Below are positions 31,087 to 40,570 of a stretch of DNA of 64,000 nt, in pieces. The first letter of the stretch is position 1. Every line of letters starts with the position of its first letter. The position numbers and the translations under genes were made by a program. Under the pieces are notes generated by a model that was not told the DNA's origin, did not search any database, and saw only the letters and a program-made list of their open reading frames with translations. Source of the stretch: Bdellovibrionales bacterium (GTDB lineage Bacteria; Bdellovibrionota; Bdellovibrionia; Bdellovibrionales; UBA1609); contig CBDBIB010000001.1 of the NCBI GenBank assembly GCA_965205945.1, positions 96,001 to 160,000 on the forward strand. Reading direction: 5' to 3'.

Positions 31087-31163
31087 TGGTAGCGGAAGAG
31101 GGACTTGAACCCCCGACACCCGGATTATGATTCCGGTGCTCTAACCAGCTGAGCTACCCCGCC
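31087..31163 (-). tRNA. tRNA-Met (CAT), elongator type
   Basis: GGCGGGGTAGCTCAGCTGGTTAGAGC...TCATAA...GGTTCAAGTCC...CCGCTACCA; paired 1:72, no initiator GGG/CCC anticodon stem. Confidence 0.92.
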
Positions 31164-31338
31164 AAAAAACCAGTTTAACTATTAGAATAAACTCACTATG
31201 TCAAAATGAAATCCTTTTAATTTAATATCTCAATAAGCTTTTGCCTATATTTTAAACTTTTTTAAATTTATAAATTGATTCCATAGTTCTGCCTATGGTA
31301 CAAATTTAAAACACTTTCTTCAATAGGGGGGGGGATTC

Positions 31339-32478
31339 ATGAAAAAACTTACACCATTTATAGCAATAGCTTTATTTTCAATTAGCGCGTTTACTCAAGA
31401 TAACCCATCTAAACTTATACTAAACGGCTCAACAGATGGTTACCAAATAGAAAATTTCGATGATAAATTCGATTTTGGCTTAATCATTCCAGCTCTAAAA
31501 AAAGACCAAATCTTAGACTTTAACTTATCCTCTTTAATTAGCACTAAAAAAGATACTCTGCGTACGGCAGGAAGAACTATAAAAATACCCAGCAATATTT
31601 CATTACCAAAACAAAGGGAAAGATACTATATTATTCTTAAAATCAAAAAGCCTAACTTCAGCCTCCCTATTCACCTTAACGAGCCTCCTGAAACTCTTGT
31701 TCTTTTAGAAGGATCTCTACCTGTGACTAAGACTATTGAAACTCTAAGAAACGGAGATCCGTTTTTTTCTATAATCAACTCTTTTAAGATTAAATCCTTT
31801 TCTTTAACTCCTTTAATAGATTTAGAAAGCAACTTAAAACTAACTGTTGGAGAGCACCTTATTGACGATGACTCTATAGCTTTCAACGTCCCTTTTGAAA
31901 TAGACAAAGACTTTATCTCAATTGGATTAAACTTAAACTCTACTCTTAACAAAACTGGTACTCCTATCTATTTTCCTGTGAACATTAAAACCTTAGAAAA
32001 ACCACAAAATCTTGCTACGGGAAGAAATAACACTCCAGTAATTGCTATAATTCCTAAAAGTGCATTTAAGAAGACCTCCACAGAAAAAACTGTTAAAACA
32101 CCTTTCCCTTTCAGCTTAGTTTGGGGTGAATCTAAACCTATAACAATGCTTCCTTTAGCAAAAGATTTTGTAACTTTTAAAAAAACTGACGTAGAACAAG
32201 GTATCTTTGTAGATAATTCAAAACTTTTAGACTTTAAAGTTCTTGCTTACAATGTGAAAACTTTTAATACCAACGGAGAAATTCTTACTGAAGATACCCT
32301 TAAAACTATGCAAGATCTAACTTGGCCTTTAGATGTACCTATTAGTCGCATACGCTTAGATGTTTTTGCTCTTGACCCTGATCCTATTATGGAATCAATT
32401 AAAAATTCATACCTATTTGATGAAGATTTTTTTAAACAAGTAAAATACATCACTCGATATGAAAAAAACATTAACTAG
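31339..32478 (+). CDS. Secreted hypothetical protein
   Basis: Signal peptide MKKLTPFIAIALFSISAFT; 379 aa ORF. Confidence 0.75.
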   Translation: MKKLTPFIAIALFSISAFTQDNPSKLILNGSTDGYQIENFDDKFDFGLIIPALKKDQILDFNLSSLISTKKDTLRTAGRTIKIPSNISLPKQRERYYIILKIKKPNFSLPIHLNEPPETLVLLEGSLPVTKTIETLRNGDPFFSIINSFKIKSFSLTPLIDLESNLKLTVGEHLIDDDSIAFNVPFEIDKDFISIGLNLNSTLNKTGTPIYFPVNIKTLEKPQNLATGRNNTPVIAIIPKSAFKKTSTEKTVKTPFPFSLVWGESKPITMLPLAKDFVTFKKTDVEQGIFVDNSKLLDFKVLAYNVKTFNTNGEILTEDTLKTMQDLTWPLDVPISRIRLDVFALDPDPIMESIKNSYLFDEDFFKQVKYITRYEKNIN

Positions 32479-32910
32479 CTTTTTTTTTTGAGTTTTCTTT
32501 TTACATCCCCTAACTCATTTGCAAAGACCTATTCTCAAACCTTTTTAAGTGATTATAATAGTGTTTGGAAAGGACTTTTAATTTCACTTTCAAAATACCC
32601 TTTAGATAAAAATGATCAAGAGTCTGGAGAAATAGTCACTTCTTTAATTAAGCCAGGAGTAGCCTTTACACCACTTAACAGAATACCTAATTCAAAAGAG
32701 GCTTACCAGCTTTTTATACAGATTCAAAAAAAAGAACTTAACAATAAAAATACTATTCTTGTTAATGTTGAGAAAAAAGCTTTTATTAAAGGCGATTTCA
32801 TAAACAAAACACAAGATCTTAAAAGCGATGGTGTTGAGGAAAGTATTGTGTTATATCGAACGACTCGTGAAATTAAAATTGATAAAGCTATTCAGAAAAA
32901 TTTTAATTAA
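32459..32910 (+). CDS. Secreted hypothetical protein, frameshifted in a T10 tract of its signal peptide
   Basis: ATG 32459 MKKTLTSFFF stops at TGA; adding one T joins it to ORF 32488-32910 and gives the signal peptide MKKTLTSFFFLSFLFTSPNSFA. Confidence 0.65.
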
Positions 32911-33508
32911 CTAACACTACTTTTTTAGCAATCATACGAATCTCTTCATCTGAATCAGTTAAAAGTTCAACCCATTTTTCTGAATGATTAGATCTCTCCA
33001 TCTTTAAAATTGTTTTTACTATTTGTGAACGTATCCATAAACTTTGTCTTTTTTTAAAGTTCTGGCTTTGCTTAAGAGCTTTCCAAAGATTCTGCGTCTC
33101 TTTAGGCCCACCAAGTTCACTAATTACGGCTACAGCCTCTGATCGCACAACTAAAGCATTTGAATTTAAAAGTACTTTTTGAGCAAACTGTAATGCTACA
33201 TCAGGATATTTTTTTTTTAAAACCTTTAAGGCTGCGGACTGTAAAAACCATTCGTTAGAGTTTAAGCATTTTTTTAAAAAAACAATAGCTTGAGGTCTCT
33301 GTTTCAAACCTGCAACCTGATCCACAAGCCTCCATTTTTTTTTAAAAGAAACAGTTTTAGAAAAAACTTTGTTCTCTAAAGATTGTAAATTCTCTCCTTT
33401 TTGAAAAAGTGGATGCTTTCTTCCTGTATTTAAAGACCACAAATCACCAATTGAAGCACCTACAGTCAAACTTAAAAATAATGTTGTTACTATAATATTA
33501 ATTTTCAC
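32903..33508 (-). CDS. Exported HEAT-repeat protein
   Basis: WFLQSAAL, ALVVRSEAV, SLWIR helical repeats; GTG 33508 with GGGGG SD. Confidence 0.7.
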   Translation of the reverse strand: MKINIIVTTLFLSLTVGASIGDLWSLNTGRKHPLFQKGENLQSLENKVFSKTVSFKKKWRLVDQVAGLKQRPQAIVFLKKCLNSNEWFLQSAALKVLKKKYPDVALQFAQKVLLNSNALVVRSEAVAVISELGGPKETQNLWKALKQSQNFKKRQSLWIRSQIVKTILKMERSNHSEKWVELLTDSDEEIRMIAKKVVLVN

Positions 33509-33764
33509 TAAATCCCCCATATTTTTCACTTAATACTAGGATGCTCTCATCATAATCATCACTTTCTTCTTCAATTCCTGTAATAGATGAAAAATCTGGC
33601 TTATCAAAACCATCAAAAAACTCATCAGAACTGTCCATATCTGCATCTTTTTTTAAAAAGCTTATTTGAAATACCGGAAACACATAAGAAAGCATGGACA
33701 AAAATGCAAAGATTGCTCCCAAAGAATATAAAAGCTCGTTTTGATATGTAAAAATAAAATCCAT
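33498..33764 (-). CDS. Small membrane protein with acidic tail
   Basis: One TM helix then D/E-rich region; sigma70-like promoter directly upstream. Confidence 0.55.
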   Translation of the reverse strand: MDFIFTYQNELLYSLGAIFAFLSMLSYVFPVFQISFLKKDADMDSSDEFFDGFDKPDFSSITGIEEESDDYDESILVLSEKYGGFSEN

Positions 33765-33926
33765 CTTATATATTGTAAACCGAATGTCTTTAATATCAAC
33801 TAAACATGGACGAAGGTTTGCAACTTATACCAATTACACTAAATAATTCCTGAACAAAATCTATAAAGGGTTTTATCTAAAAGAAATTTTAATTCCAATT
33901 TAGAGAGTTCTTTTATAAAACTAGTA

Positions 33927-35237
33927 TTAGGAATAAGGTTTTCCCCTAGGCTCTCCTAAAACATCCCCATCCCTACAAGAAATTCCACCATGGACTATGG
34001 TCATAACAGGCCAACCCGTAACCTTAGTTCCTATAAAAGGACTCCATTTTACTTTTCCTGCTAACCAGTCTAGAGTAATCTCTTTTTTTTTACTTAAATC
34101 TACAACTGTTAAATCCGCCGTTCGTCCTACTTTAATTTCACCCAAACCTTCTAATTCAAAAAGCTCTGCTGGTTTTAACGAAAAAAGCTCAACAAGTCTT
34201 TGTAAACTCAATCTTCCTTCATAAACATGATTAAGCATTAAAGGAAGCATTGTTTGAACCCCTGGAATTCCTGCAGGTGTATTCGGATAATCTTTTGCTT
34301 TTTCCTCTAACGTATGAGGGGCATGATCAGAACCAATTACATCAACAAGCCCTGAGTTTAAAGCTTTCCATAAAGCTTTTTGATGCCTTTTTGTTCTAAC
34401 CGGAGGATTCATCTGCGCATGTGTTCCATACATCTGATAACATTCAGGGGCAAAAAGTGTTAAATGCTGAGGTGTCACCTCAACAGACATTCTTTTATAT
34501 TTTTGAATTCTTAAAAAGTCCATCTCCTCTTCTGTTGAAACATGAAGTAGGTGTAATTTTGCATTATATTTTCTAGATAATCTTACGATTTGTTTTGTAG
34601 ATTCTAAAGCCACCTCTTCATTTCTCCACTTAAGATGATGCTCTATAGGATACTTTTTATCTTGATATGGGAAAAACTTTTTTCTTCTTTGAAGAAGAAT
34701 TCTTTCACTCTCTGAATGAACTGCAAACCTTCCCTTAACTGTTGAAGCAATTTTATCTAAATGCTCCTCTTCACTGACTAAAAGAGATCCAGTTGAAGAT
34801 CCCATAAAGATTTTAACTCCACAAACACCTTTAAGGTTTTCTAAAAAGCTAAGTTTTTCAATATTATTATGAGTGGCACCTATATAAAAAAAATAATTCG
34901 TCCATACCGTTCCTTCACATCTTGCAAGCTTATCACTTAGAGCAACAACATTTGTTGTTGGTGGAATTGTATTAGGCATTTCAAAAAATCCAGTAACACC
35001 ACCTAAAAGAGCCTGGCGACTTCCTGTAACTAAATCCTCTTTATGAGTTAAACCTGGCTCTCTAAAGTGAACCTGACTGTCAATCATTCCTGGTAGAACT
35101 GTCAGTCCTGGGATTTTAACTTCTATTGCCTTTGCAAAAGGTTCTGAAATCTTTCCATCTTTAATATAGATCTCTTCAGATAAAAGCTTTCCCTCTTTAT
35201 AAACCCTTCCACCCCTTAAAACCATATTCATAGCCAT
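33927..35237 (-). CDS. pyrC: Dihydroorotase
   Basis: DSQVHFREPG, EMPNT, MNPP, SDHAPH. Confidence 0.92.
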   Translation of the reverse strand: MAMNMVLRGGRVYKEGKLLSEEIYIKDGKISEPFAKAIEVKIPGLTVLPGMIDSQVHFREPGLTHKEDLVTGSRQALLGGVTGFFEMPNTIPPTTNVVALSDKLARCEGTVWTNYFFYIGATHNNIEKLSFLENLKGVCGVKIFMGSSTGSLLVSEEEHLDKIASTVKGRFAVHSESERILLQRRKKFFPYQDKKYPIEHHLKWRNEEVALESTKQIVRLSRKYNAKLHLLHVSTEEEMDFLRIQKYKRMSVEVTPQHLTLFAPECYQMYGTHAQMNPPVRTKRHQKALWKALNSGLVDVIGSDHAPHTLEEKAKDYPNTPAGIPGVQTMLPLMLNHVYEGRLSLQRLVELFSLKPAELFELEGLGEIKVGRTADLTVVDLSKKKEITLDWLAGKVKWSPFIGTKVTGWPVMTIVHGGISCRDGDVLGEPRGKPYS

Positions 35238-36389
35238 CTATCTCCTTCTCATCCGCGCCATATAAAAACCATCAAAGTTATTCTGCCCTACAAAATTAGA
35301 TACTTCCTCTTCTAATTCAAATTCACTGTGTTTCTCTAAAAAATTTTCAACTTGATTAGTGTTTTCTGATGGAAAAACAGAGCATGTTGCATAAATCATT
35401 TTCCCACCTTCTTTAACCAACTTTGAGTGCATATTTAAAAGTTCTTCTTGAATTTTTAAAACCCTTTGATGCTCTTGCTTAGAAAAAAACAGTTTTTTCT
35501 CAGGCTTTCTTCTATATGTGCCTGAGCCTGTACAAGGCACATCAAGTAAAAGTCTATCAAATTTTCCTGCCATTCTTTTAATTGTTTTTGCTCCTACAAT
35601 CTCTTTTATTATAATATTTTGACTTTTTGCACGCTTAGCTCTTTTTTTAAGCTCATCAAGCTTTTTTGAAAAAATATCCATAGCCACAATAGTGCCTGTA
35701 TTTTGCATTAAAGATGATATATGTAATGTCTTTCCTCCGGCTCCAGCGCAAGAATCTGCAACCCTCATACCTTTTTCAAGCTGCATAAAACAAGCCACTC
35801 CCTGTGATGCGCCATCTTGAATTTCAAAAAAACCAACCTTAAATAATGGAGAAGTAAAAATATTTTTTCTCTCACTTAACTTAATACAACCAGCTTTAAC
35901 CAATTCTACATTTAATCCTTCAGCTTTTAAAAGTTTAAGACATCTTTCATCAGAAATTAAATTTAAATTCACTCTTAAAAAAACAGCTGCTTTTTTAGAA
36001 GAATTTTTTAGAAAACTTAACTTCTTCTCCTCTGACATTTCAGTTTTTAATAACTCTTCAAGATCTTTTGAAATAGAGTAGATCATTCTTTCTAAACTTG
36101 GAGTACTCTTAAAACCTTGAACATATAAACCTACAACTCTTAAAATATCTTCTTTTGTCACATCATTAAAATTAAATTTCTTAATAGCTGCAAAATAAAC
36201 TCCTGCATGCCTTATAATCTCATAAAAGGCTTCTGCAAAAGCCTTTCTATCTCTAGATCCCCATTTTTTATTATTTTTAAAACTATAATTAACAACTTTT
36301 GAACCTGCTGACTTATTCTTAAATAGATAAAAAAGACTTGCTATAAGCTGTCTTTGAATAGGTGGAAACAACTTAACTACATCTGCCAT
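35238..36389 (-). CDS. RsmB/NOP family RNA m5C methyltransferase
   Basis: QDGASQ, CAGAGGKT, DVPCTG, YATCS. Confidence 0.92.
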   Translation of the reverse strand: MADVVKLFPPIQRQLIASLFYLFKNKSAGSKVVNYSFKNNKKWGSRDRKAFAEAFYEIIRHAGVYFAAIKKFNFNDVTKEDILRVVGLYVQGFKSTPSLERMIYSISKDLEELLKTEMSEEKKLSFLKNSSKKAAVFLRVNLNLISDERCLKLLKAEGLNVELVKAGCIKLSERKNIFTSPLFKVGFFEIQDGASQGVACFMQLEKGMRVADSCAGAGGKTLHISSLMQNTGTIVAMDIFSKKLDELKKRAKRAKSQNIIIKEIVGAKTIKRMAGKFDRLLLDVPCTGSGTYRRKPEKKLFFSKQEHQRVLKIQEELLNMHSKLVKEGGKMIYATCSVFPSENTNQVENFLEKHSEFELEEEVSNFVGQNNFDGFYMARMRRR

Positions 36390-36413
36390 ATTAAACCTTT
36401 TAGTCTTAATAAG

Positions 36414-37052
36414 TTAGAATTCAAATCTTAACGAAAAACCCACACCATCACCATGATAATCTGTCTTAAAGTACTCGTTGCGTCTATAATAAAGACGAGC
36501 TGAAAATAATCTCCTCTGACTCCATTTGTTTGAATAAACAACACCTGTTTTAAGCGCTAAAAGGCTGCCTTTTTTAGAGCTATTAAATATATGACCCATC
36601 CCTGCTGAAATTTCAGGGCTAAAATAAAAAAACTGACTAGATAACTGAACACTATGAAATAAAAAAAGCCCTTGACCATAGGCTCTTTTAATATTTTTAA
36701 ACTTATCTTCACCTAAAGAGCGTGTATTAAACTGAATATACTCAAAATAAAGACTTTGTTGAAAGCGCCTAGATTGTACAAAAGAAGCCCCTAACTCTAC
36801 TGAATAGTGCCTAGAACCAAAAAATTCTCCAACTCCAAAAGATATTAAGTACTTTGATGAATATAATATTATATTATTTAAACTATCTGTAAAACTTGAT
36901 AATTTTTCTAAATCCTGACTTTCTTTAGCCTGCTTACTTTTTTCTCTAAATATAAAATACTCTTTAGCTTCTTCATAACCTCTTTCTTCAGCACCTGCTG
37001 AATTTAAAAAAAGAGTATTTATAAAAAAAAATCCTGCTAGAAAAATAATCAC
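36414..37052 (-). CDS. Putative outer membrane beta-barrel protein
   Basis: Signal peptide, aromatic alternating strands, C-terminal SLRFEF. Confidence 0.6.
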   Translation of the reverse strand: MIIFLAGFFFINTLFLNSAGAEERGYEEAKEYFIFREKSKQAKESQDLEKLSSFTDSLNNIILYSSKYLISFGVGEFFGSRHYSVELGASFVQSRRFQQSLYFEYIQFNTRSLGEDKFKNIKRAYGQGLFLFHSVQLSSQFFYFSPEISAGMGHIFNSSKKGSLLALKTGVVYSNKWSQRRLFSARLYYRRNEYFKTDYHGDGVGFSLRFEF

Positions 37053-37194
37053 CTTAAATATTATCTCAATGAAATTTATTTAAATCCAGTCAATCCCAAA
37101 CCTAATGTCTAGACACTAGGCTTTTAAAATTAAAATCCTCTTAAGAAAAGCTCTTGAACAAATTTAATCTAACTATTAATTTACTTTTTTAACC

Positions 37195-37656
37195 ATGGAG
37201 CAGACTTTGAAATGTCCAGAATGCAGGAATGACACAACTAGAGTCCAAGACTCTAGGCCCATAAAGGACAATACCTCTGTTAGACGAAGGCGCCTTTGCT
37301 CTCATTGTAAGTTAAAGTTCTTAACTAAGAAAATCATTCTTATTAATCTTCCTATGGTCATTAAAAAAGACAGAAAACGTGAACCTTTTTCAAGAGCTAA
37401 AGTTGAAAAAAGCCTCTACACTTCCTGTCAAAAAAGACCTATTAGTAAACAACGAATTAACAGTCTTGTTACAGACTTACTAAAGAAAATCTCTCAAAGA
37501 GGAAGCCCTGAATTAAATTCTGATATAATTAGACGCTATGTAATGGCCGAGTTAAAAAAACTAGGTGAAGTTGCCTATGTTTGTTTTGCAAGCGCATATA
37601 TGACTTTTAAAGAAGTGAATAATTTTTCTGCATCTATTAGGAGTAATATAGTTTGA
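37195..37656 (+). CDS. nrdR: Transcriptional repressor NrdR (divergent)
   Basis: KCPEC..DSR..RRRRLC..C zinc ribbon, ATP cone VIKKD..REPF. Confidence 0.9.
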   Translation: MEQTLKCPECRNDTTRVQDSRPIKDNTSVRRRRLCSHCKLKFLTKKIILINLPMVIKKDRKREPFSRAKVEKSLYTSCQKRPISKQRINSLVTDLLKKISQRGSPELNSDIIRRYVMAELKKLGEVAYVCFASAYMTFKEVNNFSASIRSNIV

Positions 37657-38069
37657 TTAAACAAAGAGATGGCCGTGAGATGGCTTTAAAATTTTTATTT
37701 TGCCAAGAGTTTGCCTCTCCTGAGAGTATAGACTTATCTCTTTATGAAAAACTTACACTATTTCAAAACTCATTTAAAGCACAAGATTCTGTATGGAAAT
37801 TTACCCGACAAATTCTTCTTGGATTTGAAGTAAACCGGGAAGCAATTAATAAAAAAATTAAAACCAATCTTGTAAACTGGAGCATGAAAAGACTTTCTAT
37901 AACTGATAAAAGTATTTTAAGAATTGCTATTACTGAAATGCTTTTTCTAGATACTCCTGTAAAAGTTGCTATTAATGAAGCTGTAGATTTAAGTAAAAAA
38001 TATTCTACAAAAGAATCCTCTGCTTTTATAAATGGTCTTTTAGATACTGTTTTAACAATGGAGGCATAA
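37653..38069 (+). CDS. nusB: Transcription antitermination factor NusB
   Basis: DKSILRIA..VAINEAV..FINGLLD. Confidence 0.95.
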   Translation: MIKQRDGREMALKFLFCQEFASPESIDLSLYEKLTLFQNSFKAQDSVWKFTRQILLGFEVNREAINKKIKTNLVNWSMKRLSITDKSILRIAITEMLFLDTPVKVAINEAVDLSKKYSTKESSAFINGLLDTVLTMEA

Positions 38070-38521
38070 TGGATGAGTCTTTTAAAAGCCTTCCACCTAA
38101 ACTTTTTCTAAAACTAAACTCCCTAAAACTAGAAAAACCTGGGATTTTATGGATACCTCCTCTTAAGCAAGACCCTATTACAACAAAATTAGATTGGCTT
38201 TCAGGCTTACAAATCTCAAACCTTGAATATACAAGATCACGTACATGGCCTAAAACTTTAAAAACCTTTGTCTCTGAATACAACTTACCTCTTGATGAAC
38301 AGCCCACATCTAACCATTCAAATACTTTAATCTTTAATCTTCCAAAAGGCTTTAAAGCTTCACTAGGCCTTATTATTAAAAACTCTGATTGGAATAGTCG
38401 TGAAGATGTTTATAACCGCTATATAGTGGCTTGTGCATCTTTTAAAACTAGTTTTTTTATTCAAAGCCTTGATTTCTGGTCCTCTCCAGAAATTACCAAC
38501 GTAGAATGGATCAAGGTCTAA
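38069..38521 (+). CDS. Hypothetical protein
   Basis: Coupled ORF (TAATG overlap) with SD GGAGG. Confidence 0.65.
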   Translation: MDESFKSLPPKLFLKLNSLKLEKPGILWIPPLKQDPITTKLDWLSGLQISNLEYTRSRTWPKTLKTFVSEYNLPLDEQPTSNHSNTLIFNLPKGFKASLGLIIKNSDWNSREDVYNRYIVACASFKTSFFIQSLDFWSSPEITNVEWIKV

Positions 38522-39379
38522 ATGCCTAAAGAAAGTCTAAATGCTAAGGCTATTTATGTTTTATCTGATGGAACAGGAGAGACTGCAACATTAATACTAA
38601 AGGCCGCCTTAATTCAATTTAAAGAACCTAATCTAAAATTTTTTAGATACAAAAATGTTAGGAATAAAAGCCAACTTCTTTCCATACTAGACCACCTTCC
38701 AGAACAAAATGGAATTATTATTCACACTCTAGTCTCTCCTACACTTAGAGTTCTTCTTTTAAAAGAAACTCAACAAAGAAATCTTTTATCAGTTGATATT
38801 CTAGGCCCTTTACTAGAAAAGTTAAGCTCTCTTTTTAAAATCGACACTAATCAAAATAACTCTATTCCAGGAGAACTTAGAACTGTTAATGAAGAGTATT
38901 TTAAAAAAATTGCAGCCATTGAATTCGCTGTTCGTTACGATGATGGAAAACTTTTAGAAGGCATTGAAAAAGCTAATATCGTATTAGTAGGAATTAGCCG
39001 AACAAGTAAAACTCCACTTTCTATCTTTTTAAGCTATAAAGGCTTAAAAGTAGCAAATATTCCCTTAGTTTTAGGACAACCTGTACCTGAAGAACTATTT
39101 AAAATTGACCAGAAAAAAATTGTTGGTCTTAAGATTGAAATTGAAGCTCTGCAAAGAATTAGAATAAAGAGGCTTAAAAAATTTAGCCAAAACCCCCATG
39201 GAAACTACGCAAGTCTTTCTCATATTAGTAAAGAAATCCAGTATGCAGAAGATTTGTTTGCAAAAAATAAACGCTGGCCAGTGATCAATGTCACCGATAG
39301 AGCACTTGAAGAAACTGCAGCAGAAATTGCACGCATAGTTTCTTCAAGATTAGACTTAAAAGAAGATTTTTTCTTCTAA
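38522..39379 (+). CDS. ppsR: PEP synthase/PPDK regulatory kinase-pyrophosphorylase (DUF299)
   Basis: SDGTGETA, YDDG, GISRTSKTP, EETA. Confidence 0.93.
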   Translation: MPKESLNAKAIYVLSDGTGETATLILKAALIQFKEPNLKFFRYKNVRNKSQLLSILDHLPEQNGIIIHTLVSPTLRVLLLKETQQRNLLSVDILGPLLEKLSSLFKIDTNQNNSIPGELRTVNEEYFKKIAAIEFAVRYDDGKLLEGIEKANIVLVGISRTSKTPLSIFLSYKGLKVANIPLVLGQPVPEELFKIDQKKIVGLKIEIEALQRIRIKRLKKFSQNPHGNYASLSHISKEIQYAEDLFAKNKRWPVINVTDRALEETAAEIARIVSSRLDLKEDFFF

Positions 39380-40281
39380 CTAAGAACTTGTTGTCTTAAA
39401 GCTCTAAATAAAACCTCAACGATCTCATTTTGTGCTATATCTTTTCTATAATAAAAATTAATTGGTGTTGTAAATTTAATATTCTCAACCATAATTCTTG
39501 ACAAACGATTTGCTCTAACCTGCTTATGAATAGCATGTGAAGGTAAAAAGCCCCAACCAAGACCTGATTCAACCACCCTTTTTAAAGTTCCTACATTATC
39601 ACTTTGAAAAACAGGATGGATTTTCACACCCACTTTATTCAAATGCGCATTTAATTCATATTGAAATCCTAAATATTTATCTGTGTAAAGGACAGTAGGT
39701 CTATTTGCAAATTCAGAAAGCTCAATAGTTTGTGGAAGACTCATATCCTTACCTGAACCGACAAGCCACATTTCATCTAATAATATAAACTTTGACCCAT
39801 AATTTTTAAAAAATGTTTTTTGTTCCTCATCTAAAGGTTCAGGTAAAATGACCAAATCAATTTCATCATCTTTTAAATCCTGTATTAACTCAGATGTAGA
39901 GCCATAATTAAGTTTAAAGTTTAATTTAGAATTGTGCTTTAAAAACAGTCCTATAATTGGGCTCAATAAATAAAGCCCTAAAGAATTTAAAGTTCCTAAC
40001 CTAATATCTCCTACAAGTTCTGTAGATATAGCTTGCAGTGCCACTTCAGCTTGCTGGGTTAATTGAAGAATTCTTTTTGAATAGTCATAAAGAAGCTGCC
40101 CTTGTAGCGTTGGCTTTATTTTTCTAACCCCTCTTACTAAAAGTTCGCAGTTCACCTCTTCTTCTAAGTTTCTAATCTGCTGACTTACTGCAGGCTGGGT
40201 TAAGAAAAGTTTTTCTGCAGCAGCAGTCATACTTCCCTCGCTTACTACTGTAACAAAAGTTGAAAGTTGTTGAAAATTCAA
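39376..40281 (-). CDS. LysR family transcriptional regulator
   Basis: GSMTAAAEKLFLTQPAVSQQIRNLE HTH. Confidence 0.95.
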   Translation of the reverse strand: MNFQQLSTFVTVVSEGSMTAAAEKLFLTQPAVSQQIRNLEEEVNCELLVRGVRKIKPTLQGQLLYDYSKRILQLTQQAEVALQAISTELVGDIRLGTLNSLGLYLLSPIIGLFLKHNSKLNFKLNYGSTSELIQDLKDDEIDLVILPEPLDEEQKTFFKNYGSKFILLDEMWLVGSGKDMSLPQTIELSEFANRPTVLYTDKYLGFQYELNAHLNKVGVKIHPVFQSDNVGTLKRVVESGLGWGFLPSHAIHKQVRANRLSRIMVENIKFTTPINFYYRKDIAQNEIVEVLFRALRQQVLS

Positions 40282-40329
40282 AATTTACCTGCCCTGTTAA
40301 ATTTTTTATAACTGATAGCCATATTTAAA

Positions 40330-40347
40330 TATATAACGCGTTATATA
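40330..40347. promoter_or_regulatory. Perfect 18-bp palindrome, candidate operator between LysR and S8 genes
   Basis: TATATAACGCGTTATATA. Confidence 0.5.
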
Positions 40348-40570
40348 AGTCAAATAACTATTTCTCCGCCTCTCTCTTATATATGTAAATACTTATTTTT
40401 ACTCGGCTTTATAGCTATAAATATTATTTATGACCACATAAAAATTATACTAATAGTTATTAAATTCTTAGTCTAGTAAAAATTACACATCTTAAAGGGA
40501 CTGAGCCTAATAACTCTCTGCCTTAATAGGTTCATAGTTTAATAAAAACTATAAAAAAGAAAGGTGATTT

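Noticed and set aside
35060..35090. Dihydroorotase DSQVH instead of DxHxH
   Set aside because: The QVHFREPG variant is a common subfamily signature, not evidence of inactivation
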